Positions 11,204 to 23,032 of a stretch of 64,000 bases of DNA are shown here, one piece after another (position 1 is the stretch's first letter; every line of letters begins with the position of its first letter). The stretch lies in assembly GCA_002633005.1 (NCBI GenBank), contig NMRA01000145.1, forward strand, positions 151,898 through 215,897, read 5' to 3'. Below the pieces are notes generated by a model. It did not search any database. It had not been told where the DNA came from and saw only the letters and a program-made list of their open reading frames with translations. The stretch comes from Phoronis australis (lineage: Eukaryota; Animalia; Phoronida). The position numbers were made by a program, and so were the translations under genes.

Positions 11204-14200
11204 CTGTAAAAAGAACAATGCATTCACGAATCATGGGATGGTGCTACTTCAAACGAGGTTTGGTTTCCAACTTGCTACTAAGCTAGCAAGCATTTACACA
11301 CCTGTATACTTAAACAGTGGTCAGCTACATTGCACACCTGTATACCTAAACAGTGATCAGCTACATTGCACACCTGTATACCTAAACAGTGATCAGCTAC
11401 ATTGCACACAAGAGTAGTGAGAACAATGCATTTACAGAACACAGGAAGTTGTTATTTTGAACGAGGTTTGATTTCCAAGTTTGGCAGTGTCTGGCAAATT
11501 TCAGCCGAAGTCTACCAAGTTTATTTGGAAAACTACTGTATTTTAATCTTTCTTATAACATATTGTTCATCCAATTTCCAATATCGTTTTTCTTGTCAGA
11601 CCCCTAGAGGAGAGCATTATAATTATAATACTGAATATGAGTTTTAATTAATAAAATAAATACATCTTACCACTACTGTTACTGCTGCAATAGTCTGATA
11701 TTATGTGCCGCATTTTGAGAACCAGTTTCATACCAGTTATTCACTGAAGAAAACTGGTTGTCAAAATCCACGTACGTTATATCAGGCTATTGCCGCTACT
11801 GCTACTCAGCACTCCACAGTGCACACCTTTTTGGCTATAACTCAACATGCAGCAAGCTAGGAATTATGTATTCTCAACAGCAGCAATATCACAAGTATGC
11901 GATATTATAACTTTCAATAATTAAAATGTCATGTTCACATCCTACAGTTGTTCTGATGCGACTTCTCGCCGTTCCACATACAGAGAACTTCACCTGCTAT
12001 CCACGGAATGGTCAATGCAAAAATGTCATAACCTCAATATTCTGAACATGCCATATCTCATACCCTGAATTTCTTGAACACTCTATTTCTTTTTGAATAA
12101 TTACCCTCATAAAGCAATATTTATTATTATAGTTGTTAGATAACATACCCTTTGCTTGGCTTCCAAACCAGTCACAGTGTTAATAGCTGATACGCCATCC
12201 ATGCCTGGCCTGGATACATCCACCTGTTTTGGATACATTCTCTTGGGGCTGACAAACCCTGGTTGGCCTAAAATTATATTACATGACTGTGAATAATTAA
12301 CATTTCTCAGTCATTTCAACCAGGTATTGAGATTAAGTTGATACAACAATAGAAAATATCAGAAACTTGAGTATTGTTTGTAATCTTTTTTGGGATTTCC
12401 CACCACAGGATCTTCACAGAAGTAAATGTTATCTCAAAGTGGACTGTGTCTGAATATACACTGTGCAACAATGTTTACAGAGCTTTGTCAATAGCATAGA
12501 CAAATGTCTTTTTAAGAAAGTCTGAATAATGTGAGGTTGTGCGTACTTACCATATCTCTGTGGCTGTGATCTTTGCCTGGAGTATTGTATAGAATCAAAA
12601 GGCAACTTGGCGTTATCTGCAGGAAATCTGAAAACAAGAATTTCAATACATAAACAAGAAATACAATAATTAATTCCTATTTCAATTAATTGCTGAGAAA
12701 GAGGTTTTCTCCGAGCTAAATGTTATTCAACCTCAAATGGCACTGTGCCACAAGTAACAAAGTACTTGACAACAGTGGTGTGGTTCTACTATTGACTAAA
12801 ATACATACTGTATTTTAATTTGATTGGCAATCAAAGTTTGGAGCCATCTCTTGACAATTAACAATATTCTTTATTCATTGACGATGATGAAGCAGCAATT
12901 TTAGCATTCGAGCATGCATGAACGCACGCTTGCATGCATGCACACACGCGCACAAGCATGTGCGCGCACACACACACACACACACACAGGCACACATGCA
13001 AGCTCACACTTAGCAGCTGAATAGAATTACAAGTTAACACTTAATGAATAAATGCTTTTTACAGGTGTTTACAAACTATGAGAAACAACACTACAAAGTT
13101 TGTCTTCTCACATTTCAAAACCCTAATGAAACAATACAAGTTAGCGGAAACAAATGACAGAACGCGTTTTTGCAGGACGTAAAAAGACCATCAGTAGAGA
13201 ATATCTTTCAGAATCAACAGTGTCCATCTTACATTTCCATATACCAGTGGTTCTCACTAATGTTGTGTCTATTTTCCACAAAGTTTCCATGAGTCCTCCA
13301 GAATAAATTGTTCCATTTACTACAATTTTTTTGTTTTTGTAACTGGTAACACAAGACACAAATAATGTAGATACATCACTTTTTAGTTAGAGTACAACGG
13401 TGTATATTGGATGGAAGCCATGTGCATAACAACAAAACAAACTAATGGCAGACGGATTTTCCTGTAAAACAGTGCATTTGCAACAACTTTGCTGGTGGCT
13501 GTTACCAAGCATGACGCAATGCATGAACTCGTGATAAAACTGAGTCAGAAAATACAGGTTTCTTTTGATCAACTTTAGTTTAATACGAAAATTATCATGA
13601 ATTTTTATTATTTCTTCATTTATCATGATGAGTTTTCCATACATGAATGGACTCTATTTTTACAATTTTCCAGGTTTTTACAACATGTATCATCCCTTAC
13701 AGTACAAAATGAAAGTGGGAACTTATAAGTTTCCACTAACCTTATCAGATCGTAGTGGTCATGCCAGTTAGTGTTCTTGCTCAGTGCAAACGACATGTCG
13801 CGGGGCAAGGGTGCCATCCCATGCAGGTCTACACCACTCTTCTTCAAGTCTTCAAATGAATAACCTGTAAGACATAACATAATGCTTATGTTTAGTGAAA
13901 CAACCACACTATAAAAAAAAATAATTGCAGGCGGTCTGATACACGTTGTATCAGACGTGCGCAGGCCTCGCATGTGGGCCCATTGCACTGATCACCTGGA
14001 AATATTTTTATGCTTTATTGATATATGGTTAAAACCGAGCTGAGGAGCTAGAAACCTGGCTCAAGGGTTTAGCAGTGTGACTTGAACCCACGACCTCGAG
14101 TAAAGAAAGCGGGCACTTATCAACCAGGCCACACTGCCTCCTCCAACAACCACACTATGGAAGTGTTTGTATTCATAAACCAATCAACTCGGTACATTAA

Positions 14201-17200
14201 AAAAATTGAAAATTTTCAAACCAGATATTCACCTAATTTCCAAAGACCATAGCAAAAATGGTTAAGGAAAATGCTCAAAGCAGTCAGTTCATCACAAAAC
14301 TCAGCTGATAGAGCTGAAGCATGGAAATGTTGAACTCATCATAATTCTGAATTCACTTAACGGCGTAAATTCACAAAGCACAGTTATGCGTTGAAAGATT
14401 GAGGCAACAAAGAACAACATTTAGTACTTTGATAACAACAAACTAAACATTGCTTTAGATGTACAACTACAGTGTAGCTCACAATGAACCCTGCGCTCAG
14501 GCTACAATCCTTGATTCAGAACTCAAACCTCGACTCAAAAGTTGACCTATTGTATGGAACACTTCGAGTAAACTCATAAATTTCCACTCAAATCATGCAG
14601 CATGATTCAGGCCTATCAACAACTTCTCACAAAATATAGGAAAAAGTAAGAAAGTTGGTATCATTGAGAGGCATGCTTGGCTGATTAAGTTTCGAGTCTC
14701 AGTCTCTGTCCGAGTCAAGTCTTGAGTTCAGAGATTAGATTCTGGGTCTTGGGAAGCTTCAGTATGGCTACTATCTATCGGGTTTGGCGAATCCCTCAAG
14801 ATCACGCAAGTGTAACGCAATATCGTACAACTTCTAAAATCACCAACAGACTAGCAAAATGGCTGCGACTGACAGTGATTGGAGGAATTGGCTGGAATGT
14901 TGAATTGTGGGAGAAAATGGCATATGATCACCCAGAAATCCTACTTCCACTATATAACCCATGATTTCTCACTGCAAACGTCTTACGACTGACTGAGGTT
15001 AATGAATGTAGCCCTAGTTATGGGTCAAACAAGTCAACATTACCTGGTTCATAGTCCATGTCGCTGGTGAAGACATTCTTGACGTACATGTTGGCACACA
15101 GCCTGACGCTCTTGGTGTAAGAGTACCTCTTATTGAGGTACATGGATAGAATGTACTGCAGATCTAGACGTAGCAGCGTCCAGCGAGTGGTCAACGGTGC
15201 TGGACCACCATGGTCTAGACAAATAGAGACAGAAAAGGTGACAAAACGTTTTGAGCATTTAGAGCTGCACAAGTGGCCAAGATGTTACGGAGGTCTAGAC
15301 GCAACAGTGTCCAGCGAGTGGTGAAAGAAGCCAAAGTGCCATGCTCTACACAGAGACGGAGATGCAAAACAAAAATTAGTAGATAACATTAGTACCGTAC
15401 AGTAGCTGATTCCACAAAAAGCAACCATTAATAATTGCAGAGGCTCCAGACAGAATTTCTATAATTTCATCTTTAGGCATGCAGATGAAAAATCACGCTA
15501 TAAAATATATTAATTAAAATTGCCTGTGTCAATATTAATATCCAAAACCACTTTAATTTGAAAAAAATGAGACAAAATTAACAAAGAATCTAAGTGAATT
15601 TACCTAGTCCTGAATCAGATCTACGAGAAAGCTGAAACCAGAGGCATGCTATATGTCGAAAAGAAAGCATTTATTCACACGAAAATTCACTTATGAAAGA
15701 CTAGCATTGCCAAATAAACCCCTAGCTTCATTTCATCCTCAACCCACACTTTTCAAGCATGTGGACTCACCCTTGCTCCCCTCTCCCAAGGCACCGCACA
15801 GTGTGCCCTTGGCAGCGTGGCACACGTAAGGGAACTGTAGCCAGGTGGACGTTGATTTGAACTCTTTGAAAAGGTTAGAAAAGGACAGGCGTACTACCAA
15901 GCCATCATGGGTAGCGACATCTATGTGGGTCACAAAATACTTGGTCGGTATCGGCCTGAAACACAAGTAAGAATCAAAATTTTTGAAACAGGGTTTAGTT
16001 ATTTAAAATTACTCTTTCTATTTTGTTTAAAGGGGTTCTTTCCATGTCGTTTTATTAGAGACTAATTACGACATACGAAACGATATTGAAACTTGTTTAA
16101 TACACCAGCCTTTAAAAAGTGAACAAAATCCAGCACACGAAGTTCAGTTTTTTATTCAGATGGTGTACCGATGAAATGAACACTAGCTGAGTGACACCAA
16201 ATATCACTTTTAAAAAACTAATATCAAAACACAATGACACATTTTTTCATTGTCGTAAATACTCTCACTGTCTAGAGTCATCTCTTAATTTATTTCATCT
16301 GTCTTAGTTAAATTTTTACCATTATTTGTCATTTAGTTATTGTCTTAATTCTCAACCTGTTTTAATTGGATCTTTGTTACGTATATTTCATTGTTGTTTT
16401 ATTACTTCATTGTATTATATTACTGTTTTTCTTGTTGAGGGCCCTCTTGGAAAGCAGTGCTATCACTGAAGAGGCCACCCTCATTTTAAATATCACAATA
16501 ATAAATAAATAAATAAATAAAATAAGGACTGTAAGCTATGAAATGTTCTTACAGTAGTGATATCTTTTGATTCAGTTGACTTGGTATATATTCAACATCA
16601 TTCTGGTGAAAACAGAGGAGAACCTGTTTTCGTATCTAACAACAGTAATACCAAGGCACGTGAGTGACTCCAAGAAAGTTGCCACCGGCTCACTAAAACA
16701 AATTCTTTGGATATACAAACTCTAATGCTTAAGTACACAGAACTCGAAATGGCCAATGACAAAAAAAGAGGTGAAAATATTGTTCCACAAATAAATAGGC
16801 TTGTGTGATTCAAATATTTTTTGTGTTGTAAAATTCAACTTAATAAATGTTTTTTTATGAATATAGTCAACATAAACATAAAAATAGACAAAAAAGACCA
16901 AACTGGAAATCAAATAATAGGGACTCCAAACCAAAAAAGAGGAAATCCTCTTAAAAGAGGAAAATTCCAAGCCCTACTTAACACCATACGCAAACATATA
17001 ACTTACTTGGGTGAGTTCACAACAAGTAACTCTTTATTTTCTAGGGCACAGAAAAGAAATGCTATTTTCCACAGTTGTTAAACCCTAACACCTACAAATA
17101 TTGGTTATAACATACAACACTTGCTCTGTATGACTCAACTGTAAACAGTTAGTAAATTGAAAAGACACTAACAAGTATGCAATGATAGTTTCTGGTCGCC

Positions 17201-18578
17201 CATCAACGAAAGTCACGGACATTTACATTTATGCACGTTACGCATTTTTTCTCACCTGAACAACAGGTAGATGTATCGCCCAGTGAGGTTGAGTGACTGT
17301 GACGATGTCCTCGGCAGTTGTATGTAGTTACTAGCAGGTATGGCTCCACACAGCCTGTAGACAGTGCACTTGAGGGTCTTGTCCTAAAACGGGGGTCACG
17401 AATTGATTGATTAAATTTTCTTGGGCAATTCCACAGCATTTCTCTTGTATGTAATGTACAACCAATATACAATGGCATCGTTCAACTGGTTGCTTCTATA
17501 GCAGATATTCTGATTTACCTTCCTTAGGCTGAAAAAATACAAAATCTCTTTGTCCCTGGGTTTCTGTATTTCAGCAATGGGAATTCTTCCTCATTTCTGT
17601 ACATTAAAATGCAATAAAATTGACATTTAGTTATTGTTTCTGTCAATGCTACGACATCATCCAAGCACGGTCAAGCACATACTGTGCCCCATAATAAATG
17701 CAAATCTATTCAAACCTAGACAAGCTGTAAAATGAAAACATATCAATGAATAACATCAAATTCTTAAGAAACTTATGAAATTTCAGAGCTATGAGATTCT
17801 TAGCTAATTAAAGCAGTTTGTTTTTCTCACTTCAATGCAGATTTACAGTACAATAAAGTTTCCTCAATTTAGAACACAATATTGCTGAACAGTGAAATTT
17901 CATTTTATGAAAAAAAACACTACAAATAAAAAGGAAGTAATCTTTTATGCTTCATTATTTCCACAATTTGTATCATACAGCCGTTGTAACATGGTGAAAC
18001 TGAGCGTTTTTAAAAATGCAGTATTACGAAAAAACGAAAAATAATTTTTTTGGCAATTAGTACAATTTTAGGATACTTTACTGTACTTTTCCAAACACGC
18101 GTTGCTTACGAGGGGAATAGCTACTTTTTGACAGGTCAGCGTTCGAATTTAGCACAAGCTAAGGGCCAAAATATTGCTTTTTTCCAATTTTGCTTAGGGA
18201 AGGCTTTGAAACAAAAAGGAAATATTCTTTCAGATTGTCTTTTGGTTCATAGAACCAAAAGTATGCTTCAACTGTTTACTCTGAATTCGAGACAATACAA
18301 ATGCAACAGTATAATTCAAGGTGAAACAAGATTATATACCGAAATATGTAAGATTTCAGTTCTAACCCTGAAGGTACACACGAGCCCCTTGACAGGGTAC
18401 CAATAAGCACACATTGGGTGCTATTGTGACACTTGTGTATCTGCATATACAGTAGCTACAGGTGAAAATACTCCCTGAAGACATACCATAACTGTGGCGA
18501 CGTCGCCCTCTTTTGATGATTTCTTCCATTTAGCGACATCAAAATGCTTGAAGACGTTCACAAATGGGTGCTGCCACA
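11072..18578 (-). CDS. WDR90: WD repeat-containing protein 90, 5' portion (N-terminal CFAP20/DUF667-like domain); multi-exon, partial
   Basis: Spliced translation WQHPFVNVFKHFDVAKWKKSSKEGDVATVM-DKTLKCTVYRLCGAIPASNYIQLPRTSSQSLNLTGRYIYLLFR-PIPTKYFVTHIDV...RLSFSNLFKEFKSTSTWLQFP...RWTLLRLDLQYILSMYLNKRYSYTKSVRLCANMYVKNVFTSD...PLPRDMSF...WHDHYDLIRFP matches the recalled human WDR90 N-terminus (WQHPFLNVFRHF; SFSNLFKEFKSTATWLQFP). All introns are GT-AG with compatible phases. Confidence 0.93.
11297..11409 (+). repeat. 36-bp tandem repeat x3 (CACACCTGTATACCTAAACAGTGATCAGCTACATTG)
   Basis: Three near-perfect adjacent copies. Confidence 0.9.
11686..11793. mobile_element. Short palindromic MITE-like element; related copy at ~46234-46337
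   Basis: GCAATAGTCTGATAT...TTTTGAGAACCAGTTT pairs imperfectly with AAACTGGTTGTCAAAA...ATATCAGGCTATTGC; a similar sequence recurs at 46.2 kb. Confidence 0.55.
12149..12267 (-). CDS. WDR90: WDR90 coding exon 8 (QPGFVSPKRMYPKQVDVSRPGMDGVSAINTVTGLEAKQR), 119 nt
   Basis: ttttAG acceptor, GTATGT donor, phase 1-0 fits neighbours. Confidence 0.75.
12551..12627 (-). CDS. WDR90: WDR90 coding exon 7 (FPADNAKLPFDSIQYSRQRSQPQRY), 77 nt
   Basis: ttttcAG acceptor, GTAAGT donor; completes the conserved IRFP motif. Confidence 0.85.
12909..13002. repeat. (CA)n and TGCA-rich alternating purine-pyrimidine microsatellite
   Basis: Directly visible. Confidence 0.85.
13741..13864 (-). CDS. WDR90: WDR90 coding exon 6 (YSFEDLKKSGVDLHGMAPLPRDMSFALSKNTNWHDHYDLIR), 124 nt
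   Basis: ttacAG acceptor, GTTAGT donor; resembles human PMPREMAFPVPKGESWHDRY. Confidence 0.9.
13913..14144 (-). mobile_element. tRNA-derived SINE with 14-bp target-site duplication
   Basis: Minus-strand head GGAGGCAGTGTGGCCTGGTTGATAAG... with A-box-like TGGCCTGGTTGA and B-box GGTTCAAGTC; 3' hairpin TCTGATAC-N5-GTATCAGA; direct repeat AACAACCACACTAT at 13899-13912 and 14145-14158. Confidence 0.85.
15044..15214 (-). CDS. WDR90: WDR90 coding exon 5 (HGGPAPLTTRWTLLRLDLQYILSMYLNKRYSYTKSVRLCANMYVKNVFTSDMDYEP), 171 nt
   Basis: gtctAG acceptor, GTAATG donor, phase 1-1; strong similarity to WDR90. Confidence 0.93.
15771..15955 (-). CDS. WDR90: WDR90 coding exon 4 (PIPTKYFVTHIDVATHDGLVVRLSFSNLFKEFKSTSTWLQFPYVCHAAKGTLCGALGEGSK), 185 nt
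   Basis: tttcAG acceptor, GTGAGT donor; SFSNLFKEFKST signature. Confidence 0.95.
16437..16523 (+). mobile_element. Probable 3' end of a LINE or SINE (stem-loop plus (AAAT)n tail)
   Basis: GAGGG-CCCTCTT...CAGTG-CTAT-CACTG-AAGAGG...CCCTC hairpin followed by (AATA)n; preceded by a T-rich 3'UTR-like tract. Confidence 0.5.
17256..17383 (-). CDS. WDR90: WDR90 coding exon 3 (DKTLKCTVYRLCGAIPASNYIQLPRTSSQSLNLTGRYIYLLFR), 128 nt
   Basis: ttttAG acceptor, GTGAGA donor; matches human DKTLKGAVYRIRGSVSAANYIQLPKSSTQSLGLTGRYLY. Confidence 0.95.
18487..18578 (-). CDS. WDR90: WDR90 coding exon 2 (WQHPFVNVFKHFDVAKWKKSSKEGDVATVM), 92 nt
   Basis: ttttgtAG acceptor, GTATGT donor; WQHPF motif. Confidence 0.95.
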
Positions 18579-19855
18579 CTACAAAATAACAGGAAAAAAT
18601 AACAAGGTGTTTTTCGAGAAAACCTTCACAACACGATGATGTTGACGGATCGATTTTTTTCACCTCTGAAAACGATAATTAGCGTAAATCACAATATGAT
18701 TTCAATAAGAATCGCTATATACTCATTTCGCTTCGGAACCGCTTCTTTCGACATGTGCCACTAGTCAATCTTCAGTCGCTAGGTCCCATATAAACAAACA
18801 AGAAATTTGACCTAAATATTGTGGAAGGAAATCAAACAAGTGACATCACAAAATAGCTGTCTCCTGCACTTAACGACTCCATCAAAAAATAAAGCTTTGA
18901 CATGGACTGAACACATTCACAAGTTTTCTCAAAAACCTCTTCAACAAGCCACTACAAAAGCAACACTTGATAATGACCATGAAGTTTTGAAATTTGTTGA
19001 CGTGACATTTTCATATGTCCACACCGAGACTTCAGTTCTTTTAAGGCCCACATTTTTGTTTACATCTGTTTAATACAGAATTTCGGCAATTTATGAACAC
19101 ACAAGCATAGTTTACATGGGTTCTCAATCTATTTAATAAAAAATTACACATTATGCATTTACAGCTCTCAGTGCAACATGTTATATTGCTATGCATGTTC
19201 TAATTGAAGTTAACATGATCACCTGTCTTGTTTTAATACGTCAGCAAGACAATATTCACAGACGAAACATTCTAGCCAGAATGCATGCGGACTCCTGATT
19301 TTTAAAATTTCTTTTCAAATTAGAATTTTTTTAAGTCCCAGCCCAGGTATACCGAGTACATCAATTTAGTGCTTGAGCCAGTTGGATAACTAGTGTACTT
19401 AGTAAATATTTTGAGGATAGTTTCCGAACTTGGCTGGTGTGTACTTTTATTACTTTTTGAATTTGGGTGAGAAGCCTAAAAATTTAATAGGGAGGAATAT
19501 TGTGTCATTGGATTGTCACAAGATCGTTGTTTTGGCAGAGATCAACGTTAACAGTCGACGAGTGATGGAAATTTGCTTTATTTGCTGAGAGTGCCACCTG
19601 GGGGAAGATAAGACATAGCCAGTGCTACAGTTTGAATCTCCCACCATCTGAGTCAAGACCGCTCTATATCATCATCTATGTGTGTGACTTGTTATTGTAC
19701 TTTACCAGCCGCCACATCAACAGTATAGGTAAGATTGATATTATTATCAAACTATATAAATGAGCAATACAGTTCATGAGACGCGCGACTTCCAGGTGTG
19801 ACGAAAAGTCAAATGAAACATCTTCATAACGTTGCCTACTAGGCAATTGTCTATT

Positions 19856-20110
19856 GGCATATCAGTTAGGCAGATCAGTTAGGATGCTTGGCTCATATGC
19901 TGGAGTAGACAACCCCGGAGACACCATTACCAAGGTTCGAATCTCGGTATTGCCGGGTAGACCTGGCCATTTCGCACAGGGTCTGAGCTCACTCCACAGG
20001 GGTAGGTTAATTAGAATACTAGTGCCCAGTTTGTTTACGAACTGGTAAATCGACCCAGGGTACATGATGACACCATCTGTATGCCAGGCCACAGACAGTG
20101 CTGTTTTTTA
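19856..20110 (+). mobile_element. Degenerate tRNA-headed SINE or Pol III-like unit
   Basis: A-box-like TAGGCAGATCAGTTAGG, B-box GGTTCGAATC, T6 run at ~20105-20110; poor cloverleaf, no TSD found. Confidence 0.4.
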
Positions 20111-20416
20111 ATGGAACAATTTATGGATATGTATATATGGATATCTTTGGCAAATGTCACGAAATGTGGGTCAATTTTGACCAAAAACATACTGTTGTGG
20201 TCAACATAAGCTAATTTATAAATAAATTTCTAAATTAAATGAGAAAAATGCAACAGTTGAAACAATCCAAAGCTCAGGCACATTCCACTCACATACAGCC
20301 AGGTGACTTATCACTGCCGCAAATCAAACGTGAAGCTGAAGCGCAAACAAGCCGCTGCATATTTGTAATGTGGACATCCACACTAACTTACCCCAACTTA
20401 CGGACACAGGACTTAA

Positions 20417-22061
20417 AGGAGCATGCCACCCAAAAAACAACCTAATTTGTATCAATTTAGATCGAGTAGTTTGACACCTGACGGCAGACGGAGGTGTTGA
20501 AATTATGACGTCATCGGTTTCACACGCAGTCTGTTCAGCAGTTCACAACACGGGTTACTGGTGTCAGCTTATCGCTTGAAGTCATCGTTTAACACCAATA
20601 AATCATCAAACTTCGATGTAAAACCCTTAAAAATATACCGAGTTCTTACAAAAACGTGTTGTTTTATTTTGCTCTTACGGATTTATTGGTATTTGGACAC
20701 ACCGTAGCCTACAAAGTTTGGCAGGCCAATAAGGTTCGTGGTAGCAGGAGTTTGGGGTATGGTCGGAGATAATTTCGAAGTATTTTCCGTGAGATACAGA
20801 CAGGAGAACCTAGATCTGTGTTGTTTAGACTTGTGATTTTTTTAGTTCTACACACGAAAAATGCTTGTTATCCCGGCCAGTGGCTCGGAAACCGATCAGG
20901 CCTGTCGCGGCCGGCCGGATTGACTCGTTATCCCGGCCAGTGGCTTGGAGACTGATCAGACATCACAAACATAAACTAGCCAAAGTTCAGTGGAAACTAA
21001 ACTTCCAGTCAAGAAAATACTATACTACTGAGCCAAAGTAATGTGCACGTGCCGGATTATGTTGGTGAATTAGCCACGAAACTGCAAATCTACTTAGTCG
21101 TCGGGGGCCGCGAATACACTCGGGTTCCGCTTTGGCCACAGCATCCTCAGAGCAGAGGTTGTACATTGACAATCATTATTTGAGTAATGTAAATGTAAAT
21201 AAAGATTCCCCTAACACCTGGCCGTGGGATGGAAATCGAGTAGTTTCACAACAGTTTCTGCCAGCAAACACTAAATTAGCATGAGCTCGCACGGACTCGG
21301 TGTCCCGTCAATTAGTTTTGTTGCACCTAAAGCCGGTAACGCACTGATTTATTCATTGCTGGCTTCTCAAATCACTTGCACTCACGAACACTCCAAAGGC
21401 ATTACAAATTGCATCTAATGAGACAGACTTTGTTTCAGTTTAATATAAGTATTGGTTAGGGTGAGAATAATTCATTTTGAAACAGAACGCTCAGTAATAA
21501 ATGCCAACATGGCAACTCGCAATACCGACTTAGGATCGACAAGCTAGAGCTCATCAGTCCCGACTTCGCAGGTGGATCGTTAAGTTTTACAGGCTATCAA
21601 TTCGAACAGGAATACAGTGATGAAGAAATACTAGAGAGGCGCCATGAACAAGCTCAGACAACGGAACGTAAGTAAGCCGGCATTCGTCAGGCACTGTCGA
21701 CGTCTGCAGGCCACAGACACGGAGATGTTTCATGGCCTCATACTTGTTACAGCGTACATTTCATTCTTCACTACCATGACCCACTTCCTAAGCATTTCGG
21801 ACTCTCGAGGAAGTAAAAAAAAATGATATACCCACTTTCCTCGCAGCTGCTTAGTTCGGACAAGCGGAAACGATGCACCGCAACATATCGGCATTCGCTA
21901 GATGCATATGAACCACTGACGTTGCTAGCGTCGTTTCTCACCTTCCTCACAGGTTAACGGGACACCTCTTGGCAAGGTAAGGTCGACCGTATGCGAAGCG
22001 ATGTGGACATAGACCGATTAAGACAGCAAAAAAGACTAATTAAATCGGGTGGCATTCTCAT
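20417..22061 (-). mobile_element. Non-autonomous Kolobok-like DNA transposon, copy A (1645 bp), with a decayed THAP ORF (minus, ATG at 21894) and a convergent KolX-like fragment (plus, ~21509-21675)
   Basis: TTAA|AGGAGCATGCCACC ... GGTGGCATTCTCAT|ATAA: 14-bp TIRs and TTAA-type TSD; colinear with 25275-27002 in reverse complement; 60-bp internal tandem duplication at ~20867-20960. Confidence 0.75.
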
Positions 22062-22439
22062 ATAATTCAGACACTGAGCGGTTCGGAATGGCTGAGGATT
22101 TTTCTACAGAGCTTCTTAAACAGAGCTATTCCCAGTCAGCCAAAAAGCAATTGCCAATAGGTCAGTTATTTAAAGGGGAATTCAACCATATAGACAGTTG
22201 ATACATTACAAAAATGTAGGTCCCTGAACATGGTTATCTTTGCTGGTGTTTTGACTTTGTAGAATTGTCAACAAATCTGGATTGAAGAAAAAGAAAAAAG
22301 ATTTGGCCTAACATTAGTTGAAATGCTAGATATTTAAGTTCACTTACACGAAGACATTTTTGATTACAAAATATAGGGAGGCCTTGGTCTCTGCAAATAA
22401 CACAAGCAATAACTAAAACCACGACGAATAATCATGCCG

Positions 22440-22760
22440 AACACCGACAGAGCAGAAAGACGTTCAAGTTTACCGCCATGACAGTTTTCTCTACGGAAAT
22501 TGACGGACATTCACGAATGATGATCTCACTTCCGCCCTGGAATATTGGGTAAAGGGCTTTTGACAGTCGCATGGAAGATTGAAAAGGGCAAGGAAGTTAA
22601 AAAAAACACGGTATGGAGTATTTTCAGGTACATTGGCATCTTTTGATGACAGAAGAAAATTTTTCTCGCGGTTCAAGAGTATATCTTTCGTGAATGAGCT
22701 TCCACCTTGTTGCTCGGTGAGTTGTATTTTTGAAAAATACGGAAGTTGTTCGTGGAACTC
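22440..22760. promoter_or_regulatory. Putative bidirectional promoter between WDR90 (minus) and the MICAL-like gene (plus)
   Basis: Locally CpG-richer; CACTTCCGCCC (ETS/GC-like) at ~22527; outward-facing donors GTAAAC (minus, 22473) and GTGAGT (plus, 22717). Confidence 0.45.
22474..22510 (-). CDS. WDR90: Candidate WDR90 first coding exon (MSVNFRRENCHG + G)
   Basis: ATG at 22510; 37 nt ending in phase 1 before a GTAAAC donor, in frame with exon 2; no homology support. Confidence 0.3.
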
Positions 22761-23032
22761 AGAAGCTGATTACCACGAACTTGTGACACCGTTTAGACGT
22801 CAGAGTTGAGTCAACAAAATAGGAACTGTTAAAATGTGATTCGTTGTGCGGGGGTAAGGAACTAAATCCGCTTGTATCATGTGACTTTGACGTACGTTAA
22901 TTAACTTTGTGAGGTTAATAAAACTGGATAACACAGCTCTTCATTATCAATTTTGATTTTTTTTAATATAGTTTATGTGTTGTCTGGGATAAAAAATTGC
23001 CCTCAGACTGTTTTTCTCCATTGTACTTTCAG

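Noticed and set aside
18660-18754. ATG at 18754 (MSKEAVPKRNE) or ORF 18421-18663 as the WDR90 start
   Set aside because: No donor in the required phase 1, and the alternative would need an implausible ~45-nt intron
19856-19953. Functional tRNA-Met(CAT) gene
   Set aside because: Acceptor and T stems pair poorly and there is a long insertion; better treated as a decayed SINE head
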